A DNA stretch of 64,000 nucleotides from Kiritimatiellota bacterium (GTDB lineage Bacteria; Verrucomicrobiota; Kiritimatiellia; JAAZAB01), in the NCBI GenBank assembly GCA_026398415.1, contig JAPLSY010000084.1:94709-158708 (forward strand), written 5' to 3'. Below are positions 48,654 through 57,883 of the stretch, piece by piece. Made by a program: the position numbers and the translations under genes. The stretch's first letter is position 1. The number at the start of each line of letters is the position of its first letter. The notes under the pieces were generated by a model. It made no database searches. It had not been told where the DNA came from and saw only the letters and a program-made list of their open reading frames with translations.

Positions 48654-48756
48654 CGGGCCAATGGCGAATACGCCTCCGCGCTTGACACCCCGGGCCGCTT
48701 TGTCCATCGTAATAGCCGGGAAACTGTTCTAACCGGCGTCCGATCATGGTGGTTTA

Positions 48757-49734
48757 ATGAAGATTCTTGTTACGGGAGCAACGGGCTTTCTTGGAGCGCA
48801 TGTTGTGCGGCGATTGATCGAACGCCGCGACGATGTGCGTTGCCTTATCCGCCAGGACAAGGCCTGTCTTCCGGAGGGTACTCAGCGCCTGATCGGGGAC
48901 ATTCTGGATCCGGAGGTCCTGGGCAAAGCCATGGAGGATGTGGACGTCGTCTGCCATTGTGCGGCCCTGGTGGCGGGACGGCACAAGCGGGACGATTTCT
49001 TCCGTGTGAACGTAAGGGGGTTGGAAAACATGCTCAACGCCGCCGCCCGTGCAAACGTGAAACGGTTTATTCACATCAGCACGTGCAGTGTGCTGGGCAG
49101 TGGCGTCCATCTCGACACTGACGAGCGCGCGCCTTTGATCGAGTCCGGACACCCCTACCGCGACTCGAAAGTCGCGGCCGAAAGGTTAATCAAGGCAAGC
49201 TCGTATCGTTCCTCGGTGGCCATCATCAGGCCCGGCTGGATCTACGGACCGGGAGAACGGAACGTATTGCCGATGATCCTCGAGCGATTAAAAACGGGCA
49301 AGATGTATGTCATCGCGGGGGGCAGGAAACTGGTCCATACTGTTTTTGTCGGCCACGTGGCCGACGCCGTTGTGGCCGCTGCAGACAAGCCTGCCGCCGC
49401 GGGTCAAGCATACAACCTGACGGATGGCCGGCATTTAACCATGATGGAGTTTCTGGAGACCCTGCGTCGCGCGGCGGCATTGAAACATGGCATCCGGAAC
49501 ATGCCTTATCCGGCGGCCTATGCCGCCGCGCTGGCAGGTACCGCGTGGGAGACTTTGTCAGGCCGGGAAGCCCTTTTCGACTTGCCCAAGTTAAGAACGG
49601 TCATGACCGACTTCAGCTTCTCCATTGAAAAGGCCAAACGGGACCTGGCCTATTCCCCGGCCGTATCAACCGAGGAAGGCTTGAGATTGTTTGTCGAAGA
49701 ATACGAAGCGCGCTTGAAGAAAGGCGGCCGCTGA
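48757..49734 (+). CDS. NAD-dependent sugar epimerase/reductase (extended SDR)
   Basis: 'ILVTGATGFLGAHVV' and the catalytic 'YRDSK'. Confidence 0.75.
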   Translation: MKILVTGATGFLGAHVVRRLIERRDDVRCLIRQDKACLPEGTQRLIGDILDPEVLGKAMEDVDVVCHCAALVAGRHKRDDFFRVNVRGLENMLNAAARANVKRFIHISTCSVLGSGVHLDTDERAPLIESGHPYRDSKVAAERLIKASSYRSSVAIIRPGWIYGPGERNVLPMILERLKTGKMYVIAGGRKLVHTVFVGHVADAVVAAADKPAAAGQAYNLTDGRHLTMMEFLETLRRAAALKHGIRNMPYPAAYAAALAGTAWETLSGREALFDLPKLRTVMTDFSFSIEKAKRDLAYSPAVSTEEGLRLFVEEYEARLKKGGR

Positions 49735-49735
49735 T

Positions 49736-50800
49736 ATGAATGCGATGGCTTCAGGAATGCTGAACATGGCCGGCATGGGCCTGCGCATGGTCGCGCACGG
49801 TTATGTTTCACCCCGGAAAGTTTTGAATTTCATCCGCTGCCTGGCGCACCCATACATGGGCAATGTGATTTCGACAGGCTACCCCCCGGCATTGGCGATC
49901 GACCCTTCGGCCACATGCAATCTGGGTTGTTTCGCCTGCCCGGCGGGTAACGCCGCGCCCACTCCGCTCAAGAATATGAACTTCGCCGACTACACGAAAC
50001 TTATTGACGAAGTCGGCGCTTACGCATTGATTACATTCCTCTACGTCACCGGGGAACCCTTTATGAACAAGGACCTGGCGCGTTATATCGAGTATGCGCA
50101 CCGCAAACGCATCTATACCGTGGTCAGCACTAACGGGCATTTCATCAATACCCCGGAACAAGCGGAAAAAATCGTCAACTCCGGCCTTGACGATTTGATC
50201 ATCACCATTTCGGGATTATCGCAGGAGGTTTACGAAAAATATCATCGGCACGGCCATATTGCCACGGTCCTGAAAGGACTTGATAATCTCGTGGCCGCGC
50301 GAATCAGACTGGGGAAAAAATCACCCAAACTGACTATTCGGTATGTTGAGTTCGCGTACAACCTGGAAGAGCGTGATAAAGCCCGGGCGCATTTTATGAA
50401 ATCCGGCGCCGATGCGTTTACAGCCCGGGCGGCACGTGGCAATATCGCGCCCGGCATGGTGCCCCAGGAATTGAAGGGCGTCATGGCTGAATACAAGCAA
50501 CAATTTATCGCCCCCGGCAATGTGGCGGCCAAGCAACCGCAATACCGGCGCTGCCTCTGGCCGTGGCTGATTGCAGTGGTGAACTGGGATGGCGTGTTAA
50601 CGCCCTGCACGCAATATCCCTGGGTAAAAGAGGAGAACACCCAGAATTATCTCGGCAACGTCTTCAAGGAGGGGAGCTTCCAAAAAGCATGGCAGGGCCG
50701 GAGATTGATGGATTACAGGACACACTTGCTGGATAAAAACCTGATTCCCGATTCCTGCAAGAACTGCATCCGTTCCGTAGGATTCGGCGATGACACTTGA
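49736..50800 (+). CDS. Radical SAM enzyme with C-terminal Cys-rich (SPASM/twitch-like) domain
   Basis: 'CNLGCFAC' (CxxxCxxC), 'FLYVTGEPFMN', and C-terminal cysteines (C..C..CKNC). Confidence 0.65.
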   Translation: MNAMASGMLNMAGMGLRMVAHGYVSPRKVLNFIRCLAHPYMGNVISTGYPPALAIDPSATCNLGCFACPAGNAAPTPLKNMNFADYTKLIDEVGAYALITFLYVTGEPFMNKDLARYIEYAHRKRIYTVVSTNGHFINTPEQAEKIVNSGLDDLIITISGLSQEVYEKYHRHGHIATVLKGLDNLVAARIRLGKKSPKLTIRYVEFAYNLEERDKARAHFMKSGADAFTARAARGNIAPGMVPQELKGVMAEYKQQFIAPGNVAAKQPQYRRCLWPWLIAVVNWDGVLTPCTQYPWVKEENTQNYLGNVFKEGSFQKAWQGRRLMDYRTHLLDKNLIPDSCKNCIRSVGFGDDT

Positions 50801-50834
50801 GCGCTCCCGTCCTTTACTTCCGTAATGCGATCCT

Positions 50835-51578
50835 CTATTCCCCGAACCATTTATGATAGTAGAGCAGGCAGGAGCGCGTAATGAAGCCGCTGCGTTGCAC
50901 CATGCGTTGGGTGGGCACGTTGCGGCCTTGGGTCGCCAGCCAAACGTGCTCGATGTTGTGACGCACGAACCAGTCCAGTCCGGCGCGGAATAATTCCTGG
51001 CCCACGCCGGTTTTGCGGGCAGTCTCGCGTACCCCGGTTAGTTCATACCGGGCTTCCGGCTTGTCCTTGCTGAGCACCCCCGTGATGTACCCGACGACTT
51101 CATTGTTTTTTTCGGCCACCAGGGCAAGCTCGACGCCGCCTTCCAAGCTTTTCTTGACCCAGGTGGCGTAATAGGCCTGACATTTTTCTTCCGAAAAATG
51201 TTCGTCAAAGTAATAACGCGAATCGACATAACTGGTGCGCGCAATATCCTGGCAAATGGGAACGTCGGCAGGTTTAGCGCCACGGATCAGCACATCCGCG
51301 GCGGTTCTCGGCCGGGTATCGGGATTCCAATCGCGCAAGGACCGTTCCACATTCAGGCGGATTTCGACCAGGCGAAAGCCGTTGCTTTCAGCCTGACGGA
51401 TGGTCTGGCGGTCTTCCGCGCCGGCTATAAAATACAGGCATGCGATGCGTTGGTTTGCGCACCAGTTGTAAATTTCCTTGATAATCCGGCTGTCCAGGGC
51501 AGGGACCGCCGCCCGCGCAATACGAAAGCCGAAGAAATCAGTATCCCATTGAAGAAATTGGCAGGGTTCACTCGTCAT
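50835..51578 (-). CDS. GNAT N-acetyltransferase, WecD (dTDP-4-amino-4,6-dideoxyhexose N-acetyltransferase)-like
   Basis: Collinear with E. coli WecD landmarks: N-terminal 'W.TDFFG', 'SR(Y/F)', 'YA.W', and C-terminal 'RVATQ.(G/R)N..A...Y...GF'. Confidence 0.5.
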   Translation of the reverse strand: MTSEPCQFLQWDTDFFGFRIARAAVPALDSRIIKEIYNWCANQRIACLYFIAGAEDRQTIRQAESNGFRLVEIRLNVERSLRDWNPDTRPRTAADVLIRGAKPADVPICQDIARTSYVDSRYYFDEHFSEEKCQAYYATWVKKSLEGGVELALVAEKNNEVVGYITGVLSKDKPEARYELTGVRETARKTGVGQELFRAGLDWFVRHNIEHVWLATQGRNVPTQRMVQRSGFITRSCLLYYHKWFGE

Positions 51579-51831
51579 CTTGGCGGTTTTCTCCTGAGCA
51601 GGCGTCTCATTGCACGTATTTTACCCGCATCATTCTTGGTTGCTAATACGCCTTTCCGCCTTAAGCGGATCCGCATCGGGCGGAAAAGCGTGATAAATTT
51701 CCTCGTTTTCCTGTCGTTTGTCAAGACATCCGTTGAATATTGACTTTCGTTTTTGATTGAATTCAGGTTGTTATTGCCTCCCGGCACGGTTGTGTTAAAC
51801 TGCAGCCGGTTTTCATAGAATTATAAGCATA

Positions 51832-52827
51832 ATGGAATCCGAACCTGTCAGCAACAGTTTGCCCGCAACCACCGCATCCGTCAGCGTGGTGGTGCCGGTA
51901 TATCGTTCCGAAGCGTCCCTGCGGCCGCTGGTAGAACGAATGCTGGCCGTGTTGCAGGGGCACCCGGCCAAGTTCGAAATCATCCTGGTCAACGACGGCA
52001 GTCCGGATCGCTGTTGGTCCTTGATCGAGGACCTGGCTCGCGCCAACCCGCGCATCCGGGGTATTAACCTCATGCGCAATTTCGGCCAGCAAAACGCCCT
52101 GCTCTGCGGTATCCGCGCGGCACGGTTCGACGTGACGGTCACCCTGGATGCGGACCTGCAGCATCCGCCCGAGGAAATCCCGAAGTTGCTGTCCAAACTG
52201 GCGGAAGGCTTTGATGTGGTTTATGGCGTGCCCGCCGAGGTAAAGCACAGTTTATTCCGCCGCCTGGCTTCGCGCCTGATGCGGGTTGTCGCGCTCCAGG
52301 CCCTGGGCATTGCCAACGCATCGCAAATCAGCGCCCTGCGGGCCTTTCGCACGCAATTGCGCGATGCCTTTGCGGAGTTCCAGGGTCCGTTTGCATCCAT
52401 TGACGTCCTGCTCACGTGGGGCACAATGCGCTTCACTTCCGTCCTGGTGCGGCATGATGCGCGCATCCACGGATGCTCCAGTTATTCGCTGGCCAAGTTA
52501 TTGGCGAATTGCTTTGACGTTATTACCGGCTTTTCGACGCTGCCTCTGCGACTGGCCAGTTGGATCGGATTCTTTTTCACGCTTTTCGGCATCGGCATCC
52601 TGATCTACGTGGTCAGCCTCTACCTGATCATGGGCTACAGCATACCCGGCTTCCCCTTTCTGGCTTCCATTATCGCCATTTTTGCCGGGGCCCAGCTTTT
52701 TGCCCTGGGCATTATCGGCGAGTATATTTCGCGGATGCATTTTCGGCTCATGGACCGTCCAACCTACGTCGTGCGCCAGACAGCGGAATACGTTGATACG
52801 AAGCAAACGCCGACTTGTCCGCCATAG
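51832..52827 (+). CDS. Polyprenyl-phosphate sugar synthase (GT2; ArnC/GtrB-like), second copy
   Basis: 'VSVVVPVYRSE...ILVNDGSPD...NLMRNFGQQNALLCGIRAARFDVTVTLDADLQHPP' plus C-terminal TM helices. Confidence 0.75.
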   Translation: MESEPVSNSLPATTASVSVVVPVYRSEASLRPLVERMLAVLQGHPAKFEIILVNDGSPDRCWSLIEDLARANPRIRGINLMRNFGQQNALLCGIRAARFDVTVTLDADLQHPPEEIPKLLSKLAEGFDVVYGVPAEVKHSLFRRLASRLMRVVALQALGIANASQISALRAFRTQLRDAFAEFQGPFASIDVLLTWGTMRFTSVLVRHDARIHGCSSYSLAKLLANCFDVITGFSTLPLRLASWIGFFFTLFGIGILIYVVSLYLIMGYSIPGFPFLASIIAIFAGAQLFALGIIGEYISRMHFRLMDRPTYVVRQTAEYVDTKQTPTCPP

Positions 52828-52881
52828 CTTTTGAGCGACGGAGGAACGCCCAACCCTCCTACGCCCACATCCTGAGGAACA

Positions 52882-54309
52882 ATGCCAACGCCATTTCGAA
52901 TTATGCTGGTCAACGCGGTCGGAGCGTCTTCGTGGCTGGAACGCCGCCAGCCGATGCTGGGGCTCGGCTATCTCGCGGCCAGCGTTCGCCACGCCATCCC
53001 TGACACCCCCTTCGAATTCCGCGTCGTCGAAGAAAATGTCCAACAGGCGGCGGAGCAGTTCAACCCCCAGCTGGTCGGCATCAGCTTCGCCTCCCAAAAC
53101 ACAAAACTTGCCTTGCTTTATGCCGACGAATTCAGCCGCCGCGGCATTCCCGTCGTCATGGGCGGCGTGCACATTTCCGTCCTGCCCCGTTGTCTGCCGC
53201 AAAACGCGATAGCCGCCTGCCTGGGCGAGGGCGAGCAAACCTTCGTCGAACTGGTCAAGGCCGTCATGGGCGGTAAAACCGATGGTCAAACCCTGAAAAC
53301 GATCCCGGGCATCGCCTACTGGGAAGGAAATACACTTATACAGACCGCGAACCGGCCTTGCCTGGCCGACCTCGACACCCTGCCGTTACCGGACCGCAGC
53401 TTGTTCCCGATTTATAAGCACACCCACATCTTTACCTCGCGTGGATGTCCTTATCGGTGCGTATTCTGCGCCTCCTCGCGTTTCTGGGATAAGGTTCGCT
53501 TTCACTCCGCCGAATATATCGCCGATGAGATTGACCTGCTGGTCCGGCAATTCGGCGTGAACTTTATTTCATTTTATGACGACTTGTTTGTCGCCAAGAT
53601 TGAGCGGGCCGAGGCCCTGGCGCGCCTGCTGGAAAAACGCGGGTTGCTCAACAAAATCGGGTTCAGTTGCAATTGCCGCGCCAATCTGGCCAATCATGAC
53701 TTGGCTGCCCTGCTGGTGCGCCTGGGCATTAAATATGTTACCATGGGATTGGAATCCGGCGACGAACAAACCCTGCGTTATCTGAAAGGCGACAATGTGA
53801 CCGTCGCCCAAAACCGGGAGGCAATCCGCATTTTCAGGGAACACGGCCTGCGGATTAACGCGTACTTCATTATCGGCGCGCCCCGGGAAACCGGCGCCCA
53901 AATCATGAAAACCTACGATTTTATCCGGCAATCCAAGCCGGACCTGGTGGGCGTGAGTGTCCTGACTCCGTTTCCCGGCACGCCGGTCTGGGAATATGCC
54001 AAGGGCCGGAACCTGGTAGCGGATGAATCCTTTGACTGGACTAAATTAAATACCGGCGTTTACGACCATTCGGATAAATTTGTCCTGCTCTCCGAAGTGT
54101 TGACCCGCGCCGCATTCATCGGTTTTTATAAAAAAATGCAGCGTCTGCAATTCCGGCGGAACCTTATCGGTATTTGCCGCCATCCCATGCTCAACGACAT
54201 TGTCCTGATGCTGATTAATATTATCGCGCACCATTGCCGTCAGTGGTTGCACATCGCTGCGCGGCCCCAACCCCTGGCCGCAGAAAAGCCGGCGCCGGAT
54301 GCCGTATGA
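52882..54309 (+). CDS. Cobalamin-binding radical SAM enzyme (class B; putative C-methyltransferase or epimerase)
   Basis: N-terminal B12-binding Rossmann (LGLGYLAA...VGISF...VVMGGVH) and the radical SAM core 'SRGCPYRCVFC'. Confidence 0.7.
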   Translation: MPTPFRIMLVNAVGASSWLERRQPMLGLGYLAASVRHAIPDTPFEFRVVEENVQQAAEQFNPQLVGISFASQNTKLALLYADEFSRRGIPVVMGGVHISVLPRCLPQNAIAACLGEGEQTFVELVKAVMGGKTDGQTLKTIPGIAYWEGNTLIQTANRPCLADLDTLPLPDRSLFPIYKHTHIFTSRGCPYRCVFCASSRFWDKVRFHSAEYIADEIDLLVRQFGVNFISFYDDLFVAKIERAEALARLLEKRGLLNKIGFSCNCRANLANHDLAALLVRLGIKYVTMGLESGDEQTLRYLKGDNVTVAQNREAIRIFREHGLRINAYFIIGAPRETGAQIMKTYDFIRQSKPDLVGVSVLTPFPGTPVWEYAKGRNLVADESFDWTKLNTGVYDHSDKFVLLSEVLTRAAFIGFYKKMQRLQFRRNLIGICRHPMLNDIVLMLINIIAHHCRQWLHIAARPQPLAAEKPAPDAV

Positions 54310-54419
54310 CTCGTCAATCTAAAAACATAAAATCAGCGCTCCGCACTAAGCCGCGTGGCAAGCAAGTTCACCACGCCCGCAGCGCGGTGGCCCCGTTGCC
54401 GCAAACGGGGCATTCCGCC

Positions 54420-55568
54420 ATGACCCAGTCCGATTATGCCATCCCCTTTAATCGCCCCTGTTTTGTCGGCAACGAACAGGCTTACATGACCCGGGCCATC
54501 GCCAACGGCCAGATTTCGGGCGATGGCGCCTTCACGCGCCAATGCCATGCTTATCTTGAAAAAGCGCTTGGCGTACCCAAGGCATTATTGACCACCTCCT
54601 GCACGCACGCGCTGGAAATGGCGGCGCTCCTGCTCAATATCCAGCCCGGCGATGAAGTCATCGTGCCATCCTTCACTTTCGTTTCCACCGTCAACGCCTT
54701 TGTGCTCCGCGGCGCGCGCCCGGTGTTCGTTGATATCCGGCCGGACACGCTTAACCTGGATGAATCCTGCCTGGAGCGGCTGATCACGCCGCGCACCAAA
54801 GCCATCGTGCCGGTGCATTACGCCGGCGTGGGCTGCGAAATGGATGCCATTCTGGCTATCGCCGGAGCGCATGGCATTCCCGTGGTGGAGGACAATGCCC
54901 ACGGTCTGTTGGGCCGTTACAAGGGCCGCTGGCTGGGAACCTTCGGATGCCTGGCGGCCCAGAGCTTTCACGAAACCAAGAACTTTACCTGCGGTGAGGG
55001 TGGCGCCCTGCTGATTAACGACCCACGGTTCATCGAGCGGGCCGAAATCCTGAGGGAAAAAGGCACAAACCGCAGCCAGATGTTCCGGGGTCAAGTCGCT
55101 AAATACTCCTGGATTGACGTGGGTTCCAGCTACCTGCCCTCCGACCTGCTGGCGGCTTTCCTGCTGGCCCAGTTCGAGGCCCGGGATCATATTCAATCCG
55201 TTCGCCGGCGACTCTGGGATTTTTATGCCGCGCATTTGCGCGATTGGGCCGGCCGGCGCCACGTTGGCCTGCCGTCTGTCCCGGAGCATTGCGAACAGTC
55301 CTATCACATGTTTTATATGCTCATGCCATCGCTGGCCGCGCGGCAGGCGTTAATCGATCATCTGAAAACCAAGGGCATCCTGGCGGTCTACCACTACCTG
55401 CCTTTGCACCTCTCGGTTATGGGCCGCCGCTTTGACGGACGGACGGGCGATTGCCCGGTAACGGAATCGGTCAGCGACCGCCTGGTGCGCCTGCCGTTTT
55501 ATATCGGGCTGAGCAAAGCGGACCAAGCCCGCGTGGTGGCCGCGATTCTCGAATGCCCGGTGATTTAA
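54420..55568 (+). CDS. DegT/ArnB/WecE-family PLP aminotransferase (dTDP-4-keto-6-deoxyhexose 4-aminotransferase-like)
   Basis: Extensive collinear identity with E. coli WecE, recalled from memory: FTFVSTVNAFVLRGA.PVFVD(I/V)RPDT.N(L/I)DE; HYAGV.CEMD; FHETKN(F/Y)T.GEGGA.LIND; RAEI(L/I)REKGTNRSQ.FRGQV.KY.W.D.GSSYL.SDL.AA.L.AQ(F/L)EA; LRLP(F/L)(Y)..L. Confidence 0.8.
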   Translation: MTQSDYAIPFNRPCFVGNEQAYMTRAIANGQISGDGAFTRQCHAYLEKALGVPKALLTTSCTHALEMAALLLNIQPGDEVIVPSFTFVSTVNAFVLRGARPVFVDIRPDTLNLDESCLERLITPRTKAIVPVHYAGVGCEMDAILAIAGAHGIPVVEDNAHGLLGRYKGRWLGTFGCLAAQSFHETKNFTCGEGGALLINDPRFIERAEILREKGTNRSQMFRGQVAKYSWIDVGSSYLPSDLLAAFLLAQFEARDHIQSVRRRLWDFYAAHLRDWAGRRHVGLPSVPEHCEQSYHMFYMLMPSLAARQALIDHLKTKGILAVYHYLPLHLSVMGRRFDGRTGDCPVTESVSDRLVRLPFYIGLSKADQARVVAAILECPVI

Positions 55569-55577
55569 CCTAATGTA

Positions 55578-57257
55578 ATGGACCAATTCACTAAATGGAT
55601 CAATGCTTCCTGGCCGCTCTTCATTCTGAACGGGCTCTTCATCGGCATCGGTTTATCCTGGCTTTTCCTGATCCCCTACAACAATGCCCCCGACGAAAAC
55701 ACGCATTTCAAATACAGCGTTGAGTTCATTCTCACCCACCATCGCCTGCCGGTCTGGGGCGTGGATGATTTAAACCAGTTCCGTCACTCAATCGGTACTT
55801 ATAACCAGATGCCGGCGCTGAACTACGTGGCCGCCGCCGCCACCGCACATGCCGGCCACACGCTGTTTGGCATCGAGCCCTACCACGGCGCCCGGCTGGC
55901 ATCGTTAGCCTGGGGCCTGATTTTCATCAATGGCCTCTTTCTAACCATCAGGACACTGATTGATCGTCCGCTATCGTCGGCGATTGTCACGATGGCGTTC
56001 GCCTTCATTCCCCAGGTCCTATTCATCTTTTGTTATGTGAACGCGGACGCCTACGCGCTGGGCATCACCGCCCTGCTGGCGTATACGCTGGCGCGATTCT
56101 GGAAAACGCCATCCAATGCCGCCCTGGTCATGGTCGGCTTGGCCGGGGGCCTGCTCTTTTCGGCCAAATATAATTATTTTATCTTCATCCCTTTTCTGGC
56201 GGCCGGTTTCAGCTACCTGGCTTATCGCGGTCGCCTGCCGTGGTCTGCCGTGTTCCGCATGGCCCTGGCCGTGGCCTGCGGCGCCATCCTGATTTCCGGA
56301 TTCTGGTATGCGCGTAATTACTGGCTTTACGGGACGCCCATGCCTGTGCTCCTCGGCGAGGAACGTCTGGCACAATTAGGGGTCCTGCGCGAGGCGGTTC
56401 CCGTGAATCATGGGTTTTCCCGCGCATCCCTCCTCTGGCTGGTTCAGCAGAAATTTGTGACGACCACGTTCGCTTCGTTCTTCGGCCTGTTCGGCTATCT
56501 GGATGTCGGGTTCTGGCCGGAAGTGTACGCCCTGCTCCGGATCATCATTCCCGCGCTGGGCGCCCTGTTTCTATTTGAACTCCTGATGACGCGCGATCGC
56601 CCCGCCGAGATCGCCGCCCTGTGGCTGAGCGCCTTAATGCTGGCGGTATTGGGCATGCATGTGTGGATGAGTCTGTCCAACAATTTCCAGCCCCAAGGCC
56701 GGTATTATTTCACCGTGCTGGTGCCGATGGCGGTATTTTTGGGATGGACCGCCCGGCGCCAGCGTCGATTGCTGAAATACGCCGTAGCCCTGATGGTGGT
56801 GACCGGCGCGCTGATGGTCCAGGCAACCATGCTTTTCGCCCAAACGTACGGGGAGCCCCTGGTTTTTGCGGTCTTCTGGGATGGACCGGCGGGCCGCTGT
56901 GCGGCGATCAGCCGGGCGGAGCGCGTGGGAAAAAACTGTATCCGGGTTTCCTGCGCGCCCGACGACGCCCACGATATTACCCTGGTGCGCGTGGATTTTC
57001 CCAAGCGGATCCTGGGGCGTTACCGGGATTTCACACTGACCTTCAATGCCGAAGGCGACAAGCAGGTTTTTAGCGGGACCAATCTGCCGGATCCGCAGTG
57101 CGTGGATATAACATACGACCCAAAACTGAAGGCCTTTGACGCGATCGGACCCAATCCTTCCGCATCCTTTACGCTTTCCCCTGCCCCAACACCAATCCGG
57201 GCCATTACCCTCGATACGGCCGTCGAACATCGCCGCTTGCGCGACCCGGTATTCTGA
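55578..57257 (+). CDS. Large polytopic membrane protein, GT-C-like putative glycosyltransferase (third in cluster)
   Basis: About 13 TM helices, and 'NAPDENTHF' in the first periplasmic loop (the DE motif position of ArnT/PMT-type GT-C enzymes). C-terminal soluble domain. Confidence 0.4.
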   Translation: MDQFTKWINASWPLFILNGLFIGIGLSWLFLIPYNNAPDENTHFKYSVEFILTHHRLPVWGVDDLNQFRHSIGTYNQMPALNYVAAAATAHAGHTLFGIEPYHGARLASLAWGLIFINGLFLTIRTLIDRPLSSAIVTMAFAFIPQVLFIFCYVNADAYALGITALLAYTLARFWKTPSNAALVMVGLAGGLLFSAKYNYFIFIPFLAAGFSYLAYRGRLPWSAVFRMALAVACGAILISGFWYARNYWLYGTPMPVLLGEERLAQLGVLREAVPVNHGFSRASLLWLVQQKFVTTTFASFFGLFGYLDVGFWPEVYALLRIIIPALGALFLFELLMTRDRPAEIAALWLSALMLAVLGMHVWMSLSNNFQPQGRYYFTVLVPMAVFLGWTARRQRRLLKYAVALMVVTGALMVQATMLFAQTYGEPLVFAVFWDGPAGRCAAISRAERVGKNCIRVSCAPDDAHDITLVRVDFPKRILGRYRDFTLTFNAEGDKQVFSGTNLPDPQCVDITYDPKLKAFDAIGPNPSASFTLSPAPTPIRAITLDTAVEHRRLRDPVF

Positions 57258-57337
57258 TGAGTTTGATTTTCGGGGGGTACCGAACGGCCGGGGTGCTGAG
57301 AGTTTGTGCGGAACATGCAACACCCTCGAGCACGTAG

Positions 57338-57883
57338 TTATGCCTTTGTTAGCAATCGTTCTCGAATCTGCTGGAACAGGTTGCTCTTGCCTTCGTTTGC
57401 AGACCACCTCTCGATTTCGCCGAAATCAATTACGTTTTCCCTGGCAACCAAAATTGCCTGTTCGAGACACTGGTGATCATTGTCGTAGTAGAACCATGTC
57501 AGCCGGTCTTTTACGCAATCGGTGGGCGATATGATCTTGAGAATGCCGGTAGCCTCATGCCAATCATGGATCTCTTTGACGGGTTCTTCGCCAACGGAGG
57601 GTGGTCCTTTGGGAAACTCAACAAAGAAGTCTGTGCCCGGATGTTTGAAATACCGTCCATTTTCGGAGAAGCCCATGCTTAACATCACTTCACGAACCAA
57701 GCTGCGTTTGGGCGCCATGAGCGTAGTGTGAACCATATCCAAATCCATCGAAACATATTTTCCCTTACTGTAAATGGAAACGCACGCGCCACCGCAGAGG
57801 ACCACATCAATTCCTCTACCGCGAAGATGTTCCTGAATAAATGCCGCAAGGCCAGCCCTGCCCATTTTGCCGATGGGCTTCAT
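57338..57883 (-). CDS. Nucleotidyltransferase-fold protein, AbiEii/DUF1814-like (putative toxin)
   Basis: 'LCGGACVSIYSKGKYVSMDLDMV' fits the pol-beta NTase motif (hG[GS]x9-14DhDh) and the AbiEii 'GGTAL....S.D.DLF' pattern. It overlaps the upstream wHTH gene by 4 nt. GC ~48%. Confidence 0.4.
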   Translation of the reverse strand: MKPIGKMGRAGLAAFIQEHLRGRGIDVVLCGGACVSIYSKGKYVSMDLDMVHTTLMAPKRSLVREVMLSMGFSENGRYFKHPGTDFFVEFPKGPPSVGEEPVKEIHDWHEATGILKIISPTDCVKDRLTWFYYDNDHQCLEQAILVARENVIDFGEIERWSANEGKSNLFQQIRERLLTKA

